From NCBI RefSeq assembly GCF_947494555.1, contig NZ_CANLVF010000006.1, forward strand, positions 101,374 to 165,373: a stretch of DNA of 64,000 nt, in the 5' to 3' direction. The notes beneath the pieces were generated by a model. The model saw only the letters and a program-made list of their open reading frames with translations, searched no databases and had not been told where the DNA came from. A program made the translations under genes and the position numbers. Positions 29,529 through 38,718 of this stretch are shown piece after piece. The DNA is from an uncultured Roseibium sp. (GTDB lineage: Bacteria; Pseudomonadota; Alphaproteobacteria; Rhizobiales; Stappiaceae). Positions within the stretch are counted from its first letter, which is position 1. Each line of letters starts with the position of its first letter.

Positions 29529-30422
29529 ATGTTGCGCTCGAACTACCCGGTCGACATGACGGTTGTCCCCGAGGTGAAGGCTTTCTTCGATCCGGCGACG
29601 AATACCATCAGCTATGTGGTCAAGGACCCGGCATCGAAGGCCTGCGCCGTCGTCGACAGCGTCATGGATATCGACTATGCCGCCGGGCGGATCACCTATG
29701 ACCATGCGGACGAGATCATCGCCTATATCCAGGACAATGGTCTGGACCTGGAATGGCTGATCGAGACCCATGTCCATGCTGACCACCTGTCCGGTGCGCC
29801 CTACATCCAGCAAAAGCTCGGCGGCAAGCTGGGCATCGGTGACAAGATCACCGTGGTGCAGGAAACCTTCGGCAAGGTGTTCAACGAAGGCACGGAGTTC
29901 CAGCGCGACGGCAGCCAGTTCGACCGCCTGTTCCAGGACGGCGATACCTACACGATCGGCGGGATGACGGCCTTTGCCATGTCGACCCCGGGCCACACGC
30001 CGGCCTGCATGGTGCATGTGATGGGCAACGCCGCCTTTGCGGGCGATACGCTGTTCATGCCGGACGGGGGCTCTGCGCGGGCGGACTTTCCGGGTGGCGA
30101 TGCAGCCATGCTTTACGATTCGATCCAGAAGGTCCTGGCGCTGCCGGACGACATGCGGCTTTACATGTGCCACGACTACGGCCCGAACGGGCGCGACATC
30201 CAGTGGGAGACCACGGTCGGGGACGAGAAAGAGCACAACATCCATGTCGGCGGGGGCAAGTCGAAGGAGGATTTCGTCAAGTTCCGTACGGAACGCGATG
30301 CGCAGCTGGCCATGCCGAAGCTGATCATCCCGTCACTTCAGGTAAACATGCGCGCCGGCAAGCTGCCACCGGCCGATGACAGCGGAAAAACCTTCCTGAA
30401 GGTCCCGGTGAACGGGATTTAG
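29529..30422 (+). CDS. Persulfide dioxygenase (Blh/ETHE1-like MBL-fold)
   Basis: ETHVHADHLSGA (HxHxDH), TPGHTPAC, GDTLFMPDGGSARADFPGG, CHDY; GGAGG RBS. Confidence 0.9.
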   Translation: MLRSNYPVDMTVVPEVKAFFDPATNTISYVVKDPASKACAVVDSVMDIDYAAGRITYDHADEIIAYIQDNGLDLEWLIETHVHADHLSGAPYIQQKLGGKLGIGDKITVVQETFGKVFNEGTEFQRDGSQFDRLFQDGDTYTIGGMTAFAMSTPGHTPACMVHVMGNAAFAGDTLFMPDGGSARADFPGGDAAMLYDSIQKVLALPDDMRLYMCHDYGPNGRDIQWETTVGDEKEHNIHVGGGKSKEDFVKFRTERDAQLAMPKLIIPSLQVNMRAGKLPPADDSGKTFLKVPVNGI

Positions 30423-30450
30423 AGATTTTCGCAAAACCAGGGAGGACACA

Positions 30451-32127
30451 ATGCCAACACACAAAATCGATGAGCAACTTTCCGTTTCGCCTCAGATAAA
30501 ACCGGAAGATCTCGCAGACATAGCGCAGTCGGGCTTCCGGTCCATTATCTGCAACCGGCCGGATGGTGAAGGCGCGGACCAGCCTACTTTCGAAGAGATA
30601 GAAACTGCTGCCGGCAAATTCGGCATCGAAACGCACTATCTGCCCATCGTTGCCGGGAAGGTTCGGGACGAAGATGCGGCTGAGTTCGGCGATCTTCTGA
30701 AAAGATTGCCAAAACCCGTGTTTGCCTATTGCCGGACAGGAACGCGATCGGCAACGCTCTGGTCGCTTTCACAGGCCGGGTCGCTTTCCGTTGCCGATAT
30801 TCTGGCGCGAACAAAGACTGCCGGATACGACATGGCAGGGGTCGTCCGTCGCATCGTCAACGGCGGCCGAACGCCGACTGAGACAGCTGAAGACGCACGT
30901 TTCGATGTTGTCATCGTCGGAGGCGGTGCCGCCGGCATATCCGTTGCGTCCAGTCTCCTCTCCCGCAAGCCAGATCTAGAGATCGCAATCATCGATCCTG
31001 CCGACGTCCACTACTACCAGCCCGGCTGGACGATGGTTGGGGGCGGTGTTTTCGACGCCGCCCATACCGCCAAGACGATGGGTTCGCTCATCCCCAAGGG
31101 TGTTCACTGGATCAAGTCAGCCGTTGCAGCCTTTGAACCGAAGGACGACGCCGTTGTTCTGGATGGATGCAGGGTCGTGAAATATGGCCGTCTTGTCGTG
31201 TGTCCAGGTCTGAAACTTGACTGGCATGGCGTCGAAGGGCTTGTCGACACGCTTGGCAAAAACGGCGTGACGTCGAATTACCGCTATGACCTTGCGCCCT
31301 ACACCTGGCAACTGGTTCGGGAAACACAAACAGGCCGCGCGGTCTTCACGCAGCCACCGATGCCGATCAAATGTGCCGGTGCGCCTCAAAAGGCCATGTA
31401 CCTGTCAGCCGATCATTGGCGAAAAACGGCAAAGCTCGGCAATATCGATATCCAGTTCATGAATGCGGGTGGTGTCCTGTTCGGCGTGAAGGACTACGTT
31501 CCCGCCCTTATGGGCTATGTGAAACGCTACGGCATTGCCTTGAATTTCTTTCACAATCTGGTTTCGATCGACGGACCTGCAAAGCGCGCGACATTCGAGG
31601 TGCGCGAAGCGGACAAGGAGCCGCGTCAGGTCAATATCGAATTCGACATGATCCACGTGACCCCGCCGCAGTGCGCGCCGGATTTCATCCGCGTATCGCC
31701 GCTTGCCGACGCGGGCGGCTGGGTCGATGTCGACCAGACGACACTCCGCCACAAGACACACGAAAACATTTGGGCCCTTGGCGACGTCATGAACGCTCCC
31801 AACGCAAAGACGGCGGCGGCGGCCCGCAAACAGGCTCCCGTCGTTGCCGAAAATCTGATTTCGGATATCAAGGGCCACAGTGCCACAGCCCAGTATGACG
31901 GATATGGATCCTGCCCGCTCACAGTCGAGCGCGGCAAGATCGTCCTGGCTGAATTCGGCTACGGCGGCACGCTGTTGCCGAGCTTTCCGCGTTGGCTGGT
32001 GGACGGGACCAGACCAACGCGGACGGCATGGCTTTTAAAGGAACGGGTCCTGCCACCGGTCTACTGGCGTGCGATGTTGCGCGGCAAAGAGTGGATGGCG
32101 AAGCCGGAAAAAGTGTCTGCGGCGTAA
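30451..32127 (+). CDS. sqr: DUF442 (TIGR01244) sulfurtransferase fused to a type II sulfide:quinone oxidoreductase
   Basis: N-terminal ICNRPDGE...YCRTGTRS; FAD motif IVGGGAAG; catalytic Cys motifs KCAGAPQK and GYGSCP. Confidence 0.9.
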   Translation: MPTHKIDEQLSVSPQIKPEDLADIAQSGFRSIICNRPDGEGADQPTFEEIETAAGKFGIETHYLPIVAGKVRDEDAAEFGDLLKRLPKPVFAYCRTGTRSATLWSLSQAGSLSVADILARTKTAGYDMAGVVRRIVNGGRTPTETAEDARFDVVIVGGGAAGISVASSLLSRKPDLEIAIIDPADVHYYQPGWTMVGGGVFDAAHTAKTMGSLIPKGVHWIKSAVAAFEPKDDAVVLDGCRVVKYGRLVVCPGLKLDWHGVEGLVDTLGKNGVTSNYRYDLAPYTWQLVRETQTGRAVFTQPPMPIKCAGAPQKAMYLSADHWRKTAKLGNIDIQFMNAGGVLFGVKDYVPALMGYVKRYGIALNFFHNLVSIDGPAKRATFEVREADKEPRQVNIEFDMIHVTPPQCAPDFIRVSPLADAGGWVDVDQTTLRHKTHENIWALGDVMNAPNAKTAAAARKQAPVVAENLISDIKGHSATAQYDGYGSCPLTVERGKIVLAEFGYGGTLLPSFPRWLVDGTRPTRTAWLLKERVLPPVYWRAMLRGKEWMAKPEKVSAA

Positions 32128-32146
32128 AACGCAAGAGAACGTGTGT

Positions 32147-33931
32147 ATGAGATTGATCCGTCGCTATCTGCCCATTCTTGACTGGGGCCGCGAGTATGAC
32201 AGGGCGACAGCGACGGGTGATCTCGTTGCGGCGGTCATCGTGACCATCATGCTGATACCGCAATCGCTTGCCTATGCGCTGCTCGCAGGTTTGCCCGCCG
32301 AAGTCGGCCTCTATGCGTCCATACTCCCGCTGGTCGCCTACACCATCTTCGGCACGAGCCGTGCCCTTGCCGTCGGACCGGTCGCGGTTGTCTCACTGAT
32401 GACGGCATCCGCTGTCGGCGAACTCGCCGCGCAGGGCACACCGGAATATCTGGGGGCTGCAATCGTTCTGGCGTTTCTGTCCGGTATCACCCTGCTGGTC
32501 ATGGGCTTCTTGCGTCTCGGATTTCTTGCCAACCTGCTCAGTCATCCGGTGATTTCAGGTTTCATCACCGCGTCCGGATTGCTGATTGCCGCCAGTCAGC
32601 TGAAGCACATCCTCGGCATACCGGCCAATGGCCACACGCTTGTTGAGATCCTGCAGTCGATCTTGCAGCATGCGCATGAAATCAACTGGCTCACCTTTGC
32701 AATCGGGGCAGGCGCCACGGCTTTTCTGTTCTGGGCACGAAAGGGTCTCAAGAAGCTTTTGCTGCGACTTGGAACAGGAGCGTTTCTTGCCGACATTCTC
32801 GCGAAAGCCGGGCCAGTCGCCGCTGTCGCTGTCACGACTCTCGCTGCAACCCTCTTTGACCTGGCGGACAGAGGCGTGCGCCTTGTTGGTGACATTCCGC
32901 AGGGCCTGCCAATTCCGCAACTGCCTACCTTTGACAGCGAACTCTGGCTGGCTCTGGCGGGTCCTGCATTGCTGATTTCGGTCATAGGCTTCGTGGAGTC
33001 TGTTTCAATCGCGCAGACACTTGCGGCGAAAAAGCGCCAACGGATCGACCCGGATCAGGAACTTATAGGACTGGGCGCTTCAAACATCGCCTCCGCAGTC
33101 TCAGGCGGTTATCCTGTTACCGGAGGATTTGCGCGCTCGGTCGTCAATTTCGATGCGGGAGCCGCAACACCGGCCGCCGGGGCCTTTACCGCTGTCGGCA
33201 TTGCACTTGCGGCACTTTTCCTGACCCCTCTTCTCTCCAATCTTCCTCAGGCGACACTAGCCGCAACCATTATTGTCGCGGTCCTGTCACTCGTCGATCT
33301 TGCCGCGATCAAGCGCACATTCATCTATTCAAAAGCTGACTTTTCGGCGATGGCCGTCACAATTCTTGTAACACTTCTCGTCGGCGTTGAGACCGGTGTC
33401 GTCACCGGCGTCGCCCTATCGCTGGCGCTTCATCTTTACCGCAGCAGCAGGCCCCATATGGCAATCGTCGGCGTTGTTCCTGGCACGGAACATTTCCGCA
33501 ATGTCGACCGGCACAAGGTGGTGACGGGCAACAGCGTCCTGACGCTCAGGGTCGATGAGAGCCTGTTCTTTGCCAATGCCAGATTTCTGGAGGACAGGAT
33601 CTACCAGCTGGCGGCGGAAAGGCCTGATCTCAAACACATCGTGCTCATGTGCCCGGCGGTCAACGCAATAGACGCAAGCGCCCTTGAAAGCCTGGAAACC
33701 ATCAATCACCGGCTTTCGGAAGCAGGCGTTCTGTTCCACCTTTCCGAAGTCAAAGGGCCGGTCATGGACCGGCTGAAACGCTCAGATTTCCTGCAGGAAC
33801 TTTCAGGTCAGGTGTTCCTGAGCCAGTACGACGCGCTTTCAACGCTCGATCCGCTGACATCTCATATCGCGGACGGAGCTGGAAAAAACGATCCCACAAG
33901 AACACCCGCCTGGGCCGGACCGGTGATTTAA
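32147..33931 (+). CDS. SulP-family anion permease with STAS domain
   Basis: LIPQSLAYALLAGLP..GLYAS, GTSRALAVGP, GGFARS; STAS RVDESLFFANA, DASA. Confidence 0.92.
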   Translation: MRLIRRYLPILDWGREYDRATATGDLVAAVIVTIMLIPQSLAYALLAGLPAEVGLYASILPLVAYTIFGTSRALAVGPVAVVSLMTASAVGELAAQGTPEYLGAAIVLAFLSGITLLVMGFLRLGFLANLLSHPVISGFITASGLLIAASQLKHILGIPANGHTLVEILQSILQHAHEINWLTFAIGAGATAFLFWARKGLKKLLLRLGTGAFLADILAKAGPVAAVAVTTLAATLFDLADRGVRLVGDIPQGLPIPQLPTFDSELWLALAGPALLISVIGFVESVSIAQTLAAKKRQRIDPDQELIGLGASNIASAVSGGYPVTGGFARSVVNFDAGAATPAAGAFTAVGIALAALFLTPLLSNLPQATLAATIIVAVLSLVDLAAIKRTFIYSKADFSAMAVTILVTLLVGVETGVVTGVALSLALHLYRSSRPHMAIVGVVPGTEHFRNVDRHKVVTGNSVLTLRVDESLFFANARFLEDRIYQLAAERPDLKHIVLMCPAVNAIDASALESLETINHRLSEAGVLFHLSEVKGPVMDRLKRSDFLQELSGQVFLSQYDALSTLDPLTSHIADGAGKNDPTRTPAWAGPVI

Positions 33932-33949
33932 GACCAAGCCGTGGAAAAG

Positions 33950-34438
33950 CTATTGCCCGTCTTCCGCCTTCAGAACCGGTGTAATCATTTCACAGAAGCG
34001 AAAATGGACCGGGGGCCGCTCGCCCTCCTGAACCAACAGACCGCGATTACCGCGCGGCTGAACCGTGACGAGTTCGATCGATTCCGCGCCATTGTTCAAC
34101 AGGCAATTGATGGCCGCACGCTGCGTGTCCAGCCGCCCAAGTTCAGCGCCGTATACTTGGCAGATTCGGTCCGGCATTTCCCAAAGTCCGCGATAGATCG
34201 CGAGCGTGCTTCCCGGTTCGCTCTGGTCGATACGCGAAGCCGGGCAGTCGTTCAAATCCCGCACCCAGATGCCTTGTGCAAAATCGGCAAAACGCAAATC
34301 CAGTGCCCGTCCCTTTAATAGCGGTGCGGATTTCGGCACCTGTACTTTCAGGTCACCCTTGGCGGCATTAGCGGGATTGACCGGCAAGACGACGATTGCG
34401 GTCACCACAATTGCCCGCCAAAGAAAATCGAAACGCAT
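33950..34438 (-). CDS. Hypothetical secreted protein with four Cys
   Basis: ATG 34438 with AGGAGG RBS; signal-peptide-like MRFDFLWRAIVVTAIVVLPVNPANA-A. Confidence 0.6.
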   Translation of the reverse strand: MRFDFLWRAIVVTAIVVLPVNPANAAKGDLKVQVPKSAPLLKGRALDLRFADFAQGIWVRDLNDCPASRIDQSEPGSTLAIYRGLWEMPDRICQVYGAELGRLDTQRAAINCLLNNGAESIELVTVQPRGNRGLLVQEGERPPVHFRFCEMITPVLKAEDGQ

Positions 34439-34545
34439 AACCCCTCCTGGTTTCTTGGCCTTCACCATAGCCGCGCTGCACAAATCTAGAAACCGGCAAT
34501 TTTTCCCAAGCGACAACCAGGATAATCGGAGCTCTTGCAAAAAGC

Positions 34546-34560
34546 GAACAAAAATGGAAC
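34546..34560 (+). promoter_or_regulatory. Alphaproteobacterial LexA (SOS) box
   Basis: Exact GAAC-AAAAATG-GAAC (GAAC-N7-GAAC), 9 nt upstream of mmcB. Confidence 0.8.
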
Positions 34561-34569
34561 AAAATAAGC

Positions 34570-35079
34570 ATGATGGAAAACCCGCAGCAGACAAAGGGAC
34601 GGATTCGGCTGGATGATCCGCTGGTCGACGGACGGCAGTCGGAGACCGCTTTGAAGGTCTGGCGGGGAACTGCTCGGCTCATGCGGCAGCTTGACTTTGC
34701 GTGTCTCGCCGAAGTTACGCTTGCTTCATCGCGCCGGGCCGATCTGCTTGCGCTCGGTCCTAAACACGAGCTCTGGATCGTCGAAGTCAAATCCTCGATT
34801 GCAGATTTTCGCGCCGATACGAAATGGCCCGAGTACAGGCAACATTGCGACCGGCTTTTCTTTGCAACACACGCGGACGTCCCGCTGGATATCTTCCCCG
34901 AAGAGGCAGGTCTCATCGTTTCAGACGGCTTCGGCGCCGAGATTCTGCGCGAAGCGCCGGAACACAAACTTGCAGCCGCGACGCGAAAGTCCGTGACCCA
35001 CCGGTTCGCGCGTCACGCGGCCAACCGCTTGCACGATATTTCCGATCCCGACGGAAAGCGGTTCCCGGAAGGTCTTTGA
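34570..35079 (+). CDS. mmcB: MmcB-family DNA repair endonuclease (DUF1052)
   Basis: RRADLLAL, WIVEVKSSIADFRADTKWPEYRQHCDRLFFA (PD-(D/E)xK nuclease pattern). Confidence 0.85.
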   Translation: MMENPQQTKGRIRLDDPLVDGRQSETALKVWRGTARLMRQLDFACLAEVTLASSRRADLLALGPKHELWIVEVKSSIADFRADTKWPEYRQHCDRLFFATHADVPLDIFPEEAGLIVSDGFGAEILREAPEHKLAAATRKSVTHRFARHAANRLHDISDPDGKRFPEGL

Positions 35080-35161
35080 TCGCAGAGCGCCATAGGCGAT
35101 CCATTTGCTTTGCGATGCGTAGACTGTCCCATTACCACCGACAAGTGAGCGTGCCGCATCC

Positions 35162-36718
35162 GTGTCTCCTACCGTACAAGTTGTCTGGTTCAAGAAAGAC
35201 CTGCGCATTCAAGATCATGCGCCTTTGAAGCGTGCCAGCCTGCGCGGACCTGTCTTGCCGCTCTACGTGGTTGAGCCGGATTTCTGGCGGCAGCCCGACT
35301 CGTCGGAGCGTCACTATCTGTTTTTAAAAGAATGCCTTGCTGATCTGCAGCAGGAATTGGCAGCGCAGGGGCAACCGCTGCTCATTCGGACCGGCGAAAT
35401 CGTTGATGTGCTCGAGCATCTTTCAAAGGACGTTGTGATTGCAGGTCTCTGGTCTCACGAAGAAACCGGCAACAACTGGACCTATGGGCGTGACAAGAAA
35501 GTTGCTGACTGGTGCAGATTGGAAGGCATTCCCTGGACAGAGTGCCGCCAGACCGGCGTCTTGCGGCGCTTGAAAAACCGGGATGGCTGGGCGGCGAAGT
35601 GGGACAGCTTCATGGCCGAACGACCGGTCGACCCGGCCCGGCTGAAGCCAGTTCATGGGCTCGAACCCGGAAATCTGCCGGACGCCAGCTCAATCGGACT
35701 TGCTGCAGATCCCTGCCCTCAGCGGCAAAGCGGAGGACGCGCGGCGGGCCTTGAAACCCTGCAGAGTTTCCTCTTCGACCGCGGCAAGCCCTATCGAGCG
35801 GCGATGGCAACCCCGGTTCGCGCTTTTACGGCCTGCTCAAGACTGTCTCCGCATCTCACCTTTGGAACGCTTTCCCTGCGAGAAGTCGCACAAGCCACCT
35901 GGGCGCGGCAGAAAGACCTGAAGCAAAGTGATTTCAAGGGCCGCAGTACCTGGCAGGGCGCAATGCGCTCTTTTTCAGGACGGCTGCACTGGCACTGCCA
36001 TTTCATGCAGAAGCTTGAGGATGAACCGCGTTTGGAGTTTGAAAACCTTCATCGTGCCTATGACGGGCTTCGTCCCAGGGAATCCGATCGGTCACGGTTG
36101 GCAGCCTGGCAAGCAGGCGAAACGGGCCTTCCATTTGTGGATGCCTGCATGCGATGCCTTGCTGCGACCGGCTGGATGAATTTTCGCATGCGCGCCATGC
36201 TGATCGCTGTCTCCAGTTATCATTTGTGGCTCGACTGGCGTGCGCCCGGTGAACATCTCGCGCGCCTTTTCACAGACTATGAGCCCGGCATTCACTGGCC
36301 GCAGGTGCAGATGCAGTCCGGCACCACCGGGATCAACACGATTCGGATCTATAATCCTGTCAAACAGGGACTGGATCAGGATCCGGACGGGGACTTCGTC
36401 CGGCGGTGGGTGCCGGAACTCCAACAGATCGACACGGCCCACATACATGAGCCCTGGAAAGCAGAAAATGCAGGCAGCGTCCTTGGAAAGATCTATCCGT
36501 TCCCGATTGTCGATCACGTTAGCGCGGCACGCGACGCACGGGAAAAGGTCTGGGGCGTGCGCAAAGGCCAGGCGTTCAGAGGAAGAGCGGCCGATATTCA
36601 AAGCAGGCATGGCAGCCGCAAGAGCGGCATTCCCATGCGGGGCCAGGAGCGTTCCCGGGGGCAGGGGCGCAGGAAAACTTCGCCGGACCAGGCCGATCTT
36701 TTTGGCGAAACCTTATGA
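35162..36718 (+). CDS. Deoxyribodipyrimidine photolyase/cryptochrome family protein
   Basis: [66 protein letters not shown]. Confidence 0.9.
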   Translation: MSPTVQVVWFKKDLRIQDHAPLKRASLRGPVLPLYVVEPDFWRQPDSSERHYLFLKECLADLQQELAAQGQPLLIRTGEIVDVLEHLSKDVVIAGLWSHEETGNNWTYGRDKKVADWCRLEGIPWTECRQTGVLRRLKNRDGWAAKWDSFMAERPVDPARLKPVHGLEPGNLPDASSIGLAADPCPQRQSGGRAAGLETLQSFLFDRGKPYRAAMATPVRAFTACSRLSPHLTFGTLSLREVAQATWARQKDLKQSDFKGRSTWQGAMRSFSGRLHWHCHFMQKLEDEPRLEFENLHRAYDGLRPRESDRSRLAAWQAGETGLPFVDACMRCLAATGWMNFRMRAMLIAVSSYHLWLDWRAPGEHLARLFTDYEPGIHWPQVQMQSGTTGINTIRIYNPVKQGLDQDPDGDFVRRWVPELQQIDTAHIHEPWKAENAGSVLGKIYPFPIVDHVSAARDAREKVWGVRKGQAFRGRAADIQSRHGSRKSGIPMRGQERSRGQGRRKTSPDQADLFGETL

Positions 36719-36921
36719 AAATGCGCAGAAAAGGCGATTTGCCGCAAAAGATCTGCGCTGCATGCGGCCGTCCTTTCGCGTGGCGGAAAAAGTGGGAGCG
36801 GGTCTGGGAAGAGGTTCGGTTCTGTTCGGACAGGTGCCGACGGCAACGCGCAAAGCAAAAGCCACCCGCTGCGAGAATGGCGGGCCCGGCATCCATTTCA
36901 CGAGGTCATTGCAGGACTTGA
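36715..36921 (+). CDS. DUF2256 zinc-ribbon protein
   Basis: [35 protein letters not shown]; ATGA overlap with the photolyase stop. Confidence 0.85.
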   Translation: MKMRRKGDLPQKICAACGRPFAWRKKWERVWEEVRFCSDRCRRQRAKQKPPAARMAGPASISRGHCRT

Positions 36922-36997
36922 TCCTGCAATCCATTCCGATCCGGTGCCGCCAATGCAGGCGCGTTGGAGACACAACAGCTTGGATGCAATGGTCCGG

Positions 36998-37291
36998 CCC
37001 ACTGCTGTCCGGTTTAACCCGAAATAGGTCTAGTGAGGTGATCACCAGCCAATGATCTTGTCATTCCGGCTAAAGCGCAGCGGAGGGCCGGAACCCAGTA
37101 GCCACCAGCTTTTCTTTCTATTTTAACTCCGGCCACAAACGGTACTGGTTCCCGGTCTTGCCGCTTTCGCGGCAAACCGGGACGACAATTCCAGGAGATA
37201 ATCCGGTATCCCGACTTGGAAACGAACGGAATTATGCCGCCTACTCAACGGCATATGTTGGAAAGTGACTTCTAAACCGGACAGCAGTGGG
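36998..37291. mobile_element. MITE-like non-coding element with 19-bp perfect terminal inverted repeats
   Basis: CCCACTGCTGTCCGGTTTA (36998-37016) and TAAACCGGACAGCAGTGGG (37273-37291); no ORF with transposase features inside. Confidence 0.6.
37058..37188. repeat. RIME-like cruciform palindrome (innermost layer)
   Basis: Ends TTGTCATTCCGG / CCGGGACGACAA; inner arms GGAACCCAGTA / TACTGGTTCC; sub-hairpin TTGCCGC-tttc-GCGGCAA. Confidence 0.65.
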
Positions 37292-37337
37292 TCGAGCCAA
37301 GGCATGACCAATGCGGTGTTGCTTTCAAATGCTCACA

Positions 37338-37380
37338 GTGTCGTCCCGGTTCCCCGTTTTCGCGGCAAACCGGGCGACAC
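37338..37380 (-). terminator. Hairpin downstream of xylA derived from the same repeat family
   Basis: GTGTCGTCCCGGTT...AACCGGGCGACAC; shares the exact 17-mer TTTCGCGGCAAACCGGG with 37165-37181. Confidence 0.5.
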
Positions 37381-37388
37381 ACGTGTCG

Positions 37389-38708
37389 TTAGACAAACAG
37401 GTTCGCAAGGCTCTCCAGGTATTCCTGCCGACCCGACTTCGGCTGCGGCTCCAGGTCTGCGGCGTGAACGCGATCGGCGAGGGCTTCGAGTGAAGACCCG
37501 CCCTTGAGGATTTCTGCGTTTTCAGGCTTTTGCCAATCTGCATAGCGGTCATCGACAAAGCCTTTCAGCCGCCCGTCCTCAATCATGGCCGCCGCAGCTT
37601 TCAGACCACGCGCGATCGCATCCGCCGACCCGACATGGCCCTGGATCAGATCAACCGGGTCCAGCGACTGGCGGCGCAGCTTGGCGTCGAAGTTGGTGCC
37701 GCCTGTTGCGAAGCCGCCATCCATCAGGATCTCGTAGTATGCGAGCGCCAGTTCAGGCACGTTCATGCCGAAATGGTCGGTGTCCCAGCCGCACTGGTAG
37801 TCATTCCGGTTCATGTCCACGGACCCGAGAATGCCGAAAGAGCGGGCCATATGAAGTTCGTGTTCAAAGGAATGGCCGGCCAGGATCGCATGACCCTGTT
37901 CAATGTTCATCTTGACTTCGTTTTCAAGGCCATAGGCCTGCAGGAAGCCGTAGACGGTCGCCACGTCGTAGTCGTACTGGTGCTTGCTTGGTTCCTGGGG
38001 CTTAGGCTCGATCAGAATCGTCCCGGTAAAGCCGATCTTGTGCTTGTACTCAACCACCATGTTGAGGAACCGGCCAAGCTGGTCGAGCTCCTGCTTGGCG
38101 TTGGTGTTCAGAAGCGTTTCGTAGCCCTCCCGGCCACCCCAGAGCACGTAGTTGGAACCCTTCAGGCGATAGGTGACATCCATCGCGTTTTTGACCTGGG
38201 CAGCCGCATAGGCAAAGACATCCGGGTCCGGATTGGTCGCGGCACCCGACATGAAGCGGCGGTTGGAGAACATGTTGGCCGTTCCCCACAGAAGCCCGAT
38301 GCCGGTATCGGCCATCTTTTTCTCGAAGATGTCGGCGATCGCGTTCACATTGGCATTGCTCTCGGCCAGTGTGCTGCCTTCCGGTGCGATGTCACGGTCA
38401 TGGAAGGTAAAGAACGGCATTCCGAGGATCTGGAACATCTCGAAGGCCACGTCCGCCTTGAGCTTCGCCTGCTCCATTGGGTCGCCACCGGCCGCCATCC
38501 AGGGCCGCAGGAAGGTTTCGCCGCCAAACGGGTCTCCACCCGGCCAGCAGAAGCTGTGCCAGTAGCAAACGGCAAGCCGAAGGTGATCCTCCATCCGCTT
38601 GCCCAGAACGACTTCGTCCTTGTTGTAATGGCGATAGGTCAGCGGATCGCGGCTGTCAGGTCCGGAATATTCAATCGGCTGCAGATCGCCAAAAAACCCA
38701 GTGCTCAT
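37389..38708 (-). CDS. xylA: Xylose isomerase
   Basis: ATG 38708 with GAGGAG RBS; [66 protein letters not shown]. Confidence 0.97.
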   Translation of the reverse strand: MSTGFFGDLQPIEYSGPDSRDPLTYRHYNKDEVVLGKRMEDHLRLAVCYWHSFCWPGGDPFGGETFLRPWMAAGGDPMEQAKLKADVAFEMFQILGMPFFTFHDRDIAPEGSTLAESNANVNAIADIFEKKMADTGIGLLWGTANMFSNRRFMSGAATNPDPDVFAYAAAQVKNAMDVTYRLKGSNYVLWGGREGYETLLNTNAKQELDQLGRFLNMVVEYKHKIGFTGTILIEPKPQEPSKHQYDYDVATVYGFLQAYGLENEVKMNIEQGHAILAGHSFEHELHMARSFGILGSVDMNRNDYQCGWDTDHFGMNVPELALAYYEILMDGGFATGGTNFDAKLRRQSLDPVDLIQGHVGSADAIARGLKAAAAMIEDGRLKGFVDDRYADWQKPENAEILKGGSSLEALADRVHAADLEPQPKSGRQEYLESLANLFV

Positions 38709-38718
38709 GTTTTGCTCC

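Larger units (their letters stand above)
36904..37309. repeat. REP-like palindromic element (outer layer of a nested repeat)
   Basis: Left end GGTCATTGCAGGA-cttga-TCCTGCAATCCA (9-bp perfect stem 36908-36930); right end GGCATGACC (37301-37309), complementary to the GGTCAT start. Confidence 0.6.

Noticed and set aside
29466-30245. 259-aa minus-strand ORF
   Set aside because: Antisense shadow of the high-GC3 PDO gene.
36904-37380. Possible CRISPR array, tRNA or autonomous IS
   Set aside because: Repeats are inverted and nested rather than regularly spaced direct repeats; no cloverleaf, cas or transposase ORF.
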